Shown piece by piece: positions 45,441-58,422 of a DNA stretch of 64,000 nucleotides. The stretch lies in assembly GCF_009914755.1 (NCBI RefSeq), contig NC_060925.1. One strand, 5' to 3'. Both the position numbers and the translations under genes were made by a program. This DNA comes from the human T2T-CHM13v2.0 reference genome, Homo sapiens. Below the pieces are notes generated by a model that saw nothing but the letters and a program-made list of their open reading frames with translations, did no database searches and was not told the origin of the DNA. Position 1 is the stretch's first letter. Each line of letters begins with the position of its first letter.

Positions 45441-47334
45441 TGTGGTGGTGAATTTTGTGTCAACTTGGCTGGCTCATAGTACTCAGATATGTGGACAAAC
45501 ATTACTGTGGATGTTTCTTTGATGGTGTTTATTGGATGGGATTAACATTTAAATCAATGGACTTTGAGTAAAGCAGTTTGCCCTTCACAATGCGGGTGGG
45601 CCTCATCCAATCAGTTGAAGTCCTTAATAGAACAAAGGCTGACCTCCCCTGAGCAAGAAGGGATTCTGTCTCCAGACTGCCTTTTTTGTTGTTGTTTGTT
45701 GTTTTGAAGAACAAGGATATTTACTCTTAAAAAAGAAGCGCTGTCCCACAAAAAGATGTACAGATTTGAAAAACACTTATTTTACTGTATTAAAAAACAA
45801 CAACAACAGAAAAACAGGCAGGGGATGTCTAGATGGCAGAATTGAAGCAGCTCTGTACGAAAATGAAGATGGTACGATGATGTGACTTCAAAGAAAATGA
45901 CTAAAACAAAATTTCACAAACATCTTCACGTTTCTAATAATAATGCACAAAATATCAAAAATACAAAGTCTGGGTTTCTTCCCTGTAGGTTTATGATAAA
46001 CTATTAAACTTCTATTTAATGCATTTACTTTCATAAGCCTTCTTTGTTTAGAAGTACAAGCTATACAAGTACATACATGCTGGTATTTTACCATGAAAAT
46101 TTCACTTTTCATCTCAAACTAGTGATTTGTCTTCTTACCCATACTTATATACATTTCACTTCCATCATAAGACATGTAATACATTTCTAGTGGTACATTT
46201 TAATCAATATATATTTTTTAAATATTGATTTTTAAAAGAATCTTTTTAGTGCTATGATACGATGGCCTTAATTTAACAGCTGAAGCATGATATGGTAACT
46301 ACACTGTACTGTTTAATTTTCAGCTGTAGGAAAACATTTGAGTTTTAAAATATAACCAAGATGAGGCTGGATAGTAATAAACACCGAAATACTAGAAAAC
46401 AGTGAACGAATAAATAATACATTTTTTTTCATCAGGGGCTATTCATCATTTTGCTTTTAGAAACCTGGAAGAAATTGTCTTGAGTTTCAAATGTTCTGGT
46501 AAATCTAGTCGTTTCTTAGCCTCCTCAATGTCACCTGGAATTGCTGAAATAAGTGAGTCTAAAGAATCAAAGTTCTTTTCTGGTCTGAGGTAGCCAACAA
46601 TGGCCACATTGGGGATTTCCCCATAGAAGTCCTCTTTGAAGGTATGCAGGATAAGCGTGTCCATGGACTTCTTCGTATTCTTGTGGTAGAGGGTCCATCC
46701 TATGCTCACCACCACCTAAAGGCCATCTCCACTTCCGACACTGGCCCAACCATAATAAATGCCAATGGATACATCAACTGGAAGATTAGCTACTACTTGT
46801 TCTGGAAAATTAGCTGCGGAGATGCCCAGCGGCCTGGAGCCACGGCCGAAGCCCCGCACCACTTGGGCCCGGCAGAGGCAGGGCAGATGCCTCACGTTAT
46901 AGTCCAGTCCGCTCAGGACACGGGCTGCGGCCGGGTCCGCGCGTTCTACGGAGCCGCCATCGACGCGGTGCCCGGACCCTGGATCAGCAAGGGGTGGGGT
47001 GGGGACATGGCCGTGAGCTCTGCCTGCCGCGGGGGCGCACCAGGGGCCTGGCGACAAGACGACACGCCGCGGTGGGTCCCTGAGGCAACCAACCCAACAA
47101 AAGCTTCCCGGCGACTCAAGAGCTGTGTCTCCCCAGACTGCCTTTGGATTTGAACTGCCACTCTTCCCTAGGTCTCCAGCCTGGTGGCCTCCCCCATGAG
47201 ATTTTGAACTCGCCAAGCCTCAGTAATCCTGGGAGTCAATGCCTTAATATAAATCTCTGTCTCTGTCTCTCTCCCCCCTCCCGCCCCCCACTCTGTCTCT
47301 GGTTCGGTTTCTCTGGAGAACTCTGGCTAATACA
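45441..47334 (+). mobile_element. MLT2 (ERVL) solo LTR split by the RFK retrocopy (parts 45441-45684 and 47133-47334)
   Basis: tgtggtggtgaattttgtgtcaacttggctgg...gggcctcatccaatcagttgaag... and ...gtttctctggagaactctggctaataca termini. Confidence 0.88.
45685..47132 (-). pseudogene. RFKP1: Processed pseudogene of riboflavin kinase (RFK); decayed CDS 46432-46895
   Basis: Intronless RFK-like translation (VVRGFGRGS..LGI..ANFP; KEDFYGEI..VAIVGYLRPEKNF). Start ATG is now GTG (46893-46895), in-frame TAG at 46716-46718, frameshift near 46480. Degenerate poly(A) at 45685-45705 and 13 bp TSD CCAGACTGCCTTT (45672-45684 / 47133-47145). The pseudogene number is from memory. Confidence 0.93.
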
Positions 47335-48140
47335 GAATCTATTACAGTAAAAATTTTAGTATCGGACTCAAGAACATCAGACCGACAGTTCCCCTTCAAA
47401 CTTACTTAGATTAGGCTGATTTCTTTCTGGCTATGCTACATTATCATTCTTTCACAGATCCTTGAGATAATACATTTTTACCTATTTCCTTATATTGTAG
47501 TAAAGTATATTCTAATTAAAAAGAAAGACTTGAAAATAGACTAATTTTAGATTCTTAACATATCTCAAATCATGCATACAGCAAAGCCTTCGCTTCCTAT
47601 ATTTGATAAACATGTCAAACATTCAACAATTAGATACAACATTCCCAAATGAAATGTGAAATGATTCTGATATTCTTCAGGCACCTATGCTAGATTGTTA
47701 CTTTAGGGATTTACTGGGTCCTTTATTCTTGTCACGGCACGTAATTACAGGAAAAATTATTATAGCTCACTCCCAAAGAAATGAACAGCAGCTCTACTTG
47801 CTACGAGCATTATCTGCTTTCAAAGTTTAAGCATGTTCCATAGCTTCCACTTCCTGAGCAGCCACAGTATAAAGATGGAGGCCGACCACACAGCCAGGAG
47901 GAGGCGCTACAGAGATGGCTCAATTATGGCGGAAGGGAAGGGTGGCTTCCAGGGGCAACTGGCTGGCCTCTGCCATTTCTGTCTGTGGTTTGTGATCTCA
48001 CAGCGTCACCTGCTCCGCAGATACAGAGCTGTGGACCCCTCAGAGGGTGGTGAAACAGCTTGCTGATTGCTGTCAAGGTATTCACTGACAAAATGCAGTG
48101 GCAATCACAAGCACGAATCACGTACACTCCCTTTGTCATA

Positions 48141-48548
48141 TGTCATGGACGGAGTTGTGTCCCCTCCCCTAAATTCTTATGTTGCAGCCCTATCCCCCAA
48201 CATAGCTATATTTGGAGATCAGGCCTGTGAAGAGGAAATAAAGGTTAGGTGGGTTATAGGGTGGGAACTAATACAATAGAACTGGTGTCCTTTTAAGAAG
48301 AGGAAGAGACCCCAGAGTTGGTTGTTTTGTTTTGTTTTTCTCTCTGTCTCTATGCACACACAGGAAAAGCCACTGAGGACACGAGAAGAAGGCAGCCATC
48401 CCCAAGCAGGAAGAGACACTCCACAGGAACTGAACTTGCCACCACCCTGATCTCGAACTTCTAGTTTCCGTAACTATGAGGTAACAAATTCCTACTGTTT
48501 AAACCACCTAGTTTGTGGCATTTTGTTAAGGCGGCCCCGGCAGACTAC
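48141..48548 (+). mobile_element. MLT1B-like MaLR LTR
   Basis: ttgtgtcccctcccctaaattcttatgttg...aactggtgtccttttaagaagagg...gtttgtggcattttgtta. Confidence 0.78.
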
Positions 48549-49298
48549 ATAAAGCTTAACAAAATCATATACTTATATCCATGTACAGACATTTATCTCC
48601 TTGCTCAACACCTGCACCCTTATGAGACCATGAATTAGGGGAGCAAGGCCCTGACTGTCCCATTTACTGTGGAGTACCTAAAGCCCAGGACATGTCTGGC
48701 ATAGAGTACAGACTCCTTAATTTTGCTAATTCAGTGGATCATTACAGTTCCTAAACAACTATGAGCTAAAGTATCAGTGGTGATACTTCTAAAAAATATT
48801 AGTATGTGGCTTGGAGTCGGATAACCTTCCATGTAAAATAACATTATCATCTGCGAAGATTCTAGCAAATTGAACACTTCTGACTGTGAGAAGCTACATT
48901 TATCAAAAGGTGAGAAAAATCCGTTTTCTCCAACTGTGGAAAATAAGGGTATACCTGTTATTTGCTGTCAGATTTTTCAGGACTTTTGTTTTCTTCTGGC
49001 AAATGTTAGCGCTAGACAGCTCTGGAGTGAGGCCCTGTCATTCTGTTGTTACTGATTCACAAGAAATTAGATGTTATCGAGACAAAGAGAGCTAGATCTC
49101 AATGACTCTGTTTCTTTACAATATTTCACCTTGCAATGCCTCATGGGCTTTTCATCATTAAATGAGGGCTGATGGTATGTAAAGAACGACATTGTAAACT
49201 AATGCTTCTCAAGTGTTCAAAAAGAAGGGTGCCATGTGAAACACGAGAAAGATGATCTATACTGAATATGGTGCCGAAGAGAGAGTATAAATGATGAC

Positions 49299-49716
49299 TT
49301 TATTGTGTCTAGGTGCTATCTTGTTAATCCATATGCATTCTCTTCTGAATCACAGCATGTCTGTGTTAGGGTCTGTTGGGGGAAACAGGACACCCAATAA
49401 AGTATTTCGAAGAGTAATTTCACTATTCAGAAAGTGGAGAGAGGTGGCTTAATGCACTTTTTGGAGAGCCGATAGCATTTTTGAATCTTGTTCTGCAAAA
49501 ATAGTTCTTGGTGCCCTCAGGATGTGCTGTGAGCAGAGGATGAAAGCAATTAAGTTGGGCCAGCCACCAGAGAGACAGACCAGACAGGCTTGCTTTGGTC
49601 TGGCTTCGCCTCTCTCTTGGAGAGTTCCTACGGGCAGAAGCATTTGAGCACCGCATCCGAATTGGTTTTGTGGTGCTTTGCTTCGGCTTCTTTATCCTAA
49701 CATCAAGGTAAACTGC
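49299..49716 (-). other. Candidate cryptic alternative last exon of RGS7 (97 in-frame codons, stop at 49423-49425, AATAAA at 49299-49304)
   Basis: ccttttctttcttttaag| acceptor 843 nt after the 50560 donor; open in phase 0; no transcript evidence available. Confidence 0.35.
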
Positions 49717-50559
49717 CTTAAAAGAAAGAAAAGGTACTTGGACCATATTGGGGCCTTTGAACATGATGGTATGTTTCTAGGGATGGGAGAAAATGGCAAC
49801 ACAAAATAAGACTAGAAAAAAATATTGAGTGCTTACTACAGGGACACAGACTCTGGAAAACACGATGGCTAACGAAATACTAAGGAAATGGCCACAGAAA
49901 AAAGACCTTGAACTTTGTGGAATGTATTAATCCAGCAGCACCAATCTATAAGCTGTGTTCTCAAAGCGACTGCTACAGGCCAGAAATTCTTGTGTACATC
50001 AAGCGTGTTTTATAGAATGAATAAAAATGCCTTCTAGTTGTACGTGTTGCTTTAAAAAATATGTAGAAACTATTGCTGTGCATTTTCAAAGGGTTATTTA
50101 AAATGTCACTGGACTCAGAATAGCTTCCCCCACACCCTGCACACCGATATTCTCTCAGATAACAAACACTGAAATACAACCACTGTCTTATGGTTGTATC
50201 ACAAAATTCTAGTGTTAAGAGGGGCCCCTGCACTCTTTCTGGAATTAAATATCTTTTAGATGTCCCCCTTTCCTCAGGTTTTAAAATGCCCTTCTCTCAT
50301 CAGTATCAGGTTTTCTAAAGATGATTTCCTTAGAAATCCTGTTCCTCTCGTCTCAGTCAGTCATGACCACCGCTCTGTCTTGGGACCCTGGTGTGCTTGA
50401 GCATTAGGGTGGGGCTATTCTTGAGGAAGGGAGGGCTGTGGAAGGCTGGGAAGAGTGGGAAAGATACTGCATGACATGAGAAGAAAGTGTTTTTATGGCT
50501 GACGTCCTGTAAACAATGCAATCCATCACCAAGATCAGCACAACAAATGACAGTTTTAC

Positions 50560-50634
50560 CTTCCGTGTTTTGTGGGGGTTTCTCATTCTGGATGACTTCT
50601 TAATGTCCACTTCAGTTGTATTTACACATCCAGG
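50560..50634 (-). CDS. RGS7: RGS7 internal coding exon (75 nt; PGCVNTTEVDIKKSSRMRNPHKTRK, end of DHEX/linker)
   Basis: Minus strand reads tcccag|CCTGGATGT...CGGAAG|gtaaaa; phase 0/0; translation matches the known RGS7 protein. Confidence 0.97.
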
Positions 50635-50861
50635 CTGGGAATGGAAAAACAGAGAGACAAATGAATCTTTGGGTGTGAAATTTCTGACCAGGACAATCAT
50701 GAATGGCTCGCTCTCCAGAGCCCGAGCAAATGCCCCAATGACACAAATCAAGGGAGGTGTTTTCTAGATGGCCACAGCCAGTCCCATCAGCAGTAGCCAG
50801 TCATAAAAGACATGATACTTCTTAACTCTTCACACTTAAAAGCCTTCAGATGCTATCCTCA

Positions 50862-51357
<496 letters not shown>

Positions 51358-51968
51358 TTATTAGATGGGTGCCTTGCTTTTCCCAGGCTGGAAGACTAAA
51401 ATGGCATTTAGTTGAGCCAGCTCACATCCCAGAATGAACTGTCTTACAAGGATTGTGAAACCCAGCAACTAGGAATCCTTGTTTGCCATAGACAGAATGT
51501 GCAATGGAGTTCATGGTTAAAATGTGAAAGATGGAGAAAGAAACTGGTAAATAAGATGCCATGCTTCTTCTGATAAATTCCTGACCTTCCTTTTCCTTAA
51601 GGGCAGGTGAACCCCTTTAAAACAGAGGGGTTGATGAAGTATAGGCAGCCTGCTGTTAGCTTCCTGACAACCTCAGGTGTCTCATTTGTCAGATTTATTG
51701 TTCTGTTGTACAGAAACAAATAGATGCAAGCTTCTTGTATATTTGGAGGAGGAGAGGGGAGGAGGGAGGAAGAAGAGGGGAAGGGAGAGAACATGAATCA
51801 CGAAACAGAGAAGACAGGAGATTCAAAAATACATAGTAGCTTAAATGTAGAAAGGGCTTAGACATCACACATCCTTTAGAAGTGATGAGAAGTTAATGGC
51901 TACATGGACTGTGTTTCCTTTACTTTTGGTGCAGGATTTAACGATCTCTGGTATTAGTAAAAAACATC

Positions 51969-52273
<305 letters not shown>

Positions 52274-53112
52274 CCATCAAGTTGCATGTCTCTGCTCAAT
52301 TTCTCTATTTCTTCCCACAGACTGCAAGAAATTAAAGCATTAGATGTCCTTAGAAGTGACTCCAGAGAAACTGTGAATACGGAAAAGTCTTCCGTGGAGT
52401 TGGGGTGGGGTTGGGAAGAAAGGGCAAAAAGGCAGAGCTGATGTGATTGGCAGACTCAGCTGTTCACTACAGTAACGGGAATCAGTTCATTGTGTAATGA
52501 GGACAGAGGACACTTTCCTTAAAGAACCATCTCCTGCTAGTATAGCCATTGGGCCAAAACTCCGCCATAATATTATAATAGATAAGGAAGTAAATGAGGA
52601 AAACATTTTTTTTTGTAGAATATGTATATACTACAGATACACACACACACACTGTACTACAAACATTAAATAAATTATGAGTTTGGTTTGCATATCTATT
52701 TAGGAATAGAAATCACTGGTTCAGCACAGTGGTCAGCTTGGCAGTGTAGGAGGGAGGAAGGGCACCCAGCTGGGTGGGACTAATTTCCTAAGTGACACTG
52801 AGCAATTCACTAAACTCTCCCAGCATCTGGTTGCTGAGTATGTGATATTGTGGTTTGATTTTTTTTTATGGTTGGTCTAAGCATTTGTTTTTTAAAAAGA
52901 CCCCCGGGGATTTTAATCTGCAGCCGGAGTTCACAACCACTGATGTAGGTGTAACAAAGACAAGGTTTTTAAAACATTAAAGGATCGAGTTTTCACTTTC
53001 CATTCGATTTCTATTTCTTTGCAGCCTTCCATCCCTAAGCCTGAGCCATAACGGAAGGGAAGGCAGTAAAATTCTTTAAACTCCTATCAACATATCAGGA
53101 GCCAAGCACAGT

Positions 53113-53258
53113 GCCAGGTGCAGTGGCTTATGCCTGTAATCTCAGCATTTGGAGAGGCTGAGGTGGGAGGATCACTTGCTTTGAGGAGTTTGAGGCTGCA
53201 GTGAGCTGTGACTGAGCCACCACACTCCAGCCTGGGTGATAGGGTGAGATTCTGTCTC
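53113..53258 (+). mobile_element. FAM/FRAM Alu monomer
   Basis: Single monomer. Confidence 0.8.
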
Positions 53259-55092
53259 TCTCTGTCTTTCTTTTTCTTTTTTTTAAAGAGCCAAGTATGA
53301 TAAGATGTGTCATAGAGATTTTCTTCCATATGTTAAGGGGTGGGAAAAATTAGGATATAATATCCAGGAAAAGGAAAGCATGTTTCTTCATGACCTGGAG
53401 GCAAAGAAAGATAAAGGTAAGATACTGAGCTCAGCAGGTGTTTCATTTTTCTCCTCTGTGGAAGAAACTCGAAGAAGAAGAGGTGATAGGGAGGAATAAA
53501 AAGTCCCAGACAAGTATGAGGAAGCCTGTGAAGTAGTCAGTCCCATTCCCATAGAAGAAGCCCCACATGCAATCCGAGCCAACATGAATTTTATATCATA
53601 TGGGTGTTAGCAAGAAAGATGAGCTTAAGAAAATGCTTCCCAAGCCTCTTATGTGGCAGTCAAGCCATCCGGAGTTTCTTGCATGCCACAGTAGTAAAAG
53701 GCACAGAAGATCTAAGAATAGTGGGTGGATGGGAGCCTGAAGTTGGGACAAAGGCTGCAGTGTGCAGGGATTTTATGCTGGAAGCAGATGTCTGAAACAC
53801 AAACTTCAGCAGTGAGTTCCAGGTGATGAGATGGTACCTGTTGCAACATGCAAACCTGTCTATAGCAGAAATCGACAAGGATCTGGAAGATGTTCTGGGG
53901 GTGCTTGGCCCTCTGGCCCCACTGCACAAGACTGTAAAAACAAAACCTCTAGACCCCAAACTCTCTTCCAAACCAATCCTGGATAGCAGCAGAGAAAGGC
54001 CGAGAAAACTGAAAATGTAATCATTTATCCACAAATGACCGAGTCATCTAAACCAACTATTTCAATTATGGTGGCATGCAGAGCACATGCGTTGAAACCT
54101 ACCCTTCAAATAGGTTTCTGAGAAAACTATGTCAATTATAGAAAATAAAGAAACTGTATTTTCTTTATACATCTGAGGAAGCTGAACTAATTTGAACTCT
54201 AAACTCCTTCCATAAAGAGCTAGGATTCCAAATCAATTTTACTTCATACCAGGGGTCATAATTAACAAATGGCCCTGGAAATCGTGTCAACCATTGAAGG
54301 CATAAAGTGGAAAGATTCCCCTCCCCAGAGGAACATATCTGACTGTCAGTCCTGAAGGAAATTAGAAGTTTCATCCTCATATTTAAAAGATGATGGCCTT
54401 TTAAATTTGATTAATGAACCATTAGCTTACATCTGAAATTCCCACTTGAGCCAATTATTAACACCACTAATCAGCAAATTAATAAGAAAGCATTGATTTT
54501 AAAAGTAAATGTCATTAGAGACTGAACGGTAAGATATGTTTTATAACCCGGCTCCCATCCCAGGAAAATGAAATCTGCCAGTTCAAAGTTTGTTACTAAT
54601 GACTAAATGGTTAAAATAGTAAGCTGGATCTGGGATGCTTGTCTCGGAGGCCCTGTAATTTCTAATGAGGCCTCATGGGACAGCTAATGGTTCAACAGAT
54701 CTATGATATCTAAGTCAACTAGGAAATTCTTGAAGATTAAAAAAGCTTAGAGGCCCAAAGTTGCCTGGAATACTTCTGAATAATTAAGGTCATGACCCAG
54801 TGCTGATAACCCCTGAATAACTGCTTTCAGAAGTCATGCACTGTGGTAAGTGAAATATGGCAATAATTTTTCTTGAATTCTCTTATGTATTCAATAAATA
54901 TTTCTTTCTGCATCTAATTGTCGGATCTTGTGACAAATGGTGAGTTACAGAAATGAAGGCACGAGCCCTATCCCAGTAACTTCCTGATACAATAAAAACG
55001 ACAGACACATGAATAATCAGAATATGGGAGCATAATGACTAAGTGGAAGTTGGCACAGAGCATTACATGACAACAGAACATTCCAGACAACC

Positions 55093-55522
<430 letters not shown>

Positions 55523-56337
55523 TAAAAAAAAGTCAATCATCTTTTTGATGCATATATAATAGGTACCACTAGCTGGCACCAGACCTTCATGAAATTCGTA
55601 AAATTGGTTTCTGCAGAGCTAAACAAATCTATCTTCCCAATAAGATATAAATAACATTACCATTACCAAGTAGACATTCCATTAAAATCTTCAAATATAT
55701 ACTATTTGCTGGATACAGTATTAAGCACATAGTATTGTTGGATGTAAGGAATAATGAAATGCTATTTACATCAGCCTGGAAGAGAATTGTGTTATTTCTA
55801 GTGATTCAAAGATGAATTTCTTTTCAACCGAACTAAGCTGGGTTGCAACATTATTATAACGTTATTTATTATAAAGTAGGATTTAACATTGTGGAAGCCA
55901 CTCCTGAGGGAGTAAACGGAGCATATCATTGAGAAATACTACTGTCATAACATTTACGTGAGTGTCCTCATGAGGTGCAAAAGAGAAGCTGGAGTTTTTG
56001 GTTTCATTATTGATATTTTAAGTAAAAGCATCTAAATGCCATTTAGTTCCTTTCATGCGATAGTACATTTTTGTTAGTTATAGCAGAAGGTACACTTGTG
56101 TTCAAGACAACTCGGCAAAGCCTGTGGTGAAGAGCGACAGTGAGAGAGAGGAATACAGAACAGCTGTGTTTAAGTTCCATCACTGCAGCTGATGTGTACC
56201 TGGGAGAACAGTGTCCTAAACGACAGGTGAGTGGAGGATTAGAAATGCACCATCAAATAGAGCTGATAGCAAGACATCAAGTACACCCTAGAAAGTTTTA
56301 AAAAATCATGATTCTGGGAAAATTCAGGTTTCAAATA

Positions 56338-56912
56338 TGCATAGTCCCCCCTTATCCTGGGGGGATATGTTTTACTACTGCCCACCCCCACAAAAGAGAT
56401 GCCTGAAACCACGGATAGTACCAAACCCTATATATGCTGTTTTTCTTATATATACACATGCTTATCATAAAGTTTAACTTATAAATTAGGAACAATAAGA
56501 AATTAACAACAATAACTAATAATAAAATAGAAAACAACAATAAGTAATAATAAAATAATAAAATATGCCAGCCTCACTGCGCTTGGGCTTTGGGGTCATT
56601 CTGAAGTAAAGTAAGGGTGACTCGAACACAAGCACTGCAATACCAGGACAGTCGATCTGATAACCTAGAAGACTACTAAGTGCCTAACAGGTGGGTACCA
56701 CAGACAGCGTGGATCTGCTGGACAAAGGGGTGACTCATGTTCCAGGTGGGGCAGAATGGGATAGACGAGATTTCATCATGCTACTCAGAATGGCACGAAA
56801 TTACAAACTTATGCATTGTTTCTTGAATTTTCCATTTAATATTTTTGGACTGCAGTTGACTGTGGGTAACTGAAACCACAGAGTGCAACCATAGATAAGG
56901 GGGAGCTACTGT
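56338..56912. mobile_element. MER44B/Tigger7-derived DNA transposon
   Basis: Terminal inverted repeats tagtccccccttatc...gataagggggagctactg; internal gatgcctgaaaccacggatagtacc. Confidence 0.8.
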
Positions 56913-56915
56913 ATT

Positions 56916-57068
56916 TAGATGGTCCCTGACTTACTATGGCTCAACTTAAAATTTTTCACCCTTACTGTGAGTTTATTAGAGTATTAAATGCATTTTTGAC
57001 TTACTATATTTTTGGCTTACAGTGGCTTTATTGGGACATAACCCCATTGTAGGTCAAGGAGCGTCTGT
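56916..57068. mobile_element. MER47/Tigger5-derived fragment
   Basis: agatggtccctgacttac...gtaggtcaaggagcgtctgta inverted ends. Confidence 0.7.
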
Positions 57069-57188
57069 ATATATATTAATTCAAATAGAAGTAAATTAAT
57101 GAAAAAGAGTCACCGCTTTGTAATACAGTACAAGTTATAAAAACTGCATGCATGATCCATAGTACCCCAGTAAGAATGATCCCTTATT

Positions 57189-57258
57189 CTTACATGAAGT
57201 AATTATAGATTTTAAAGTGTTCACTTACATGAAGTAACTATAGATTTTAAAGTGTTCA
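57189..57258. repeat. Tandem duplication, 2 x 35 bp (1 mismatch)
   Basis: CTTACATGAAGTAA(T/C)TATAGATTTTAAAGTGTTCA twice. Confidence 0.95.
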
Positions 57259-57268
57259 GTCTCAGGAC

Positions 57269-57549
57269 TTTTTTTTTTTCGGCCCAGGCTGGAATGCAGT
57301 GGTGCAATCACAGCTCACTATAGCCTTGACTTCCTGGGCTCAAGCAATCCTCTTGTCTCAGCCTCTTGAGTAGCTGGTACTACAGGTGAGTGCCACCATG
57401 TCTGGCTAATATTTTATTTTTAATTTTTAGTAGAGACAGGGTCTTGCTCCGTTGCCCAGGCTGGTCTCCAACTCCTGGCCTCAAGCAGTCCTCCCATCTC
57501 AGCCTCCTAAAGCTCTGGTATTACAGGTGCGAAGCACTGTGCCTAGCCA
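57269..57549 (-). mobile_element. AluJ
   Basis: Consensus in reverse; TSD CAGGA.TT. Confidence 0.9.
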
Positions 57550-57948
57550 GGATTCTTTTTTTAAAGATCCAATTCAAGCTTTTCTTCATTTTCTTAGGCA
57601 GTTGTCAGTTGATTCAGCCTCTGATCCTTTCAGCCCTCCTCCTCCCGACCCATCTACTTACTAAGTCCTACGCACAAACTGAAGAAAGTTGTTTGAGGAA
57701 ATTGCTCCAAATTTCTTCCATTCACTCTTCTCTATAGTATTTACTCATTTGATTCCTATTAGGCCTCATTTGCTAGCTACAGACTCTTGGGTATGATATC
57801 TTGCTTCAGTGTATGCTGTGAATGAACTCCACACATCCAAGAGGCAGAAGGAAACAGAATCATACGAAGTCAGCCTGAAGCTGTGGAAAGTGGGCAGGTT
57901 GAGTAGAAGTCACAGACCATGATAAGGTGGTAAGGACTTTGGTTTAAT

Positions 57949-58272
<324 letters not shown>

Positions 58273-58364
58273 CGACTTTGGCTTAATTCTAAACATAATT
58301 GGAAGCCACTGGAGAGTTTTAAACAGGAGAGTGACTTCATATGATTTATTTTTCAAAACTCATT

Positions 58365-58377
58365 CAGACCTTACACT

Positions 58378-58422
<45 letters not shown>

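Noticed and set aside
46446-46895. Functional RFK gene
   Set aside because: Start codon lost, in-frame TAG, C-terminal frameshift, no introns, poly(A) remnant and TSD
46644-47153. 169 aa + strand ORF
   Set aside because: Antisense shadow of the GC-rich RFK retrocopy; no recognisable protein and a non-ATG start
53660-54034. Overlapping ORFs on both strands (124 aa minus, 65 aa plus)
   Set aside because: No recognisable domain and no convincing splice-site pair in phase with RGS7
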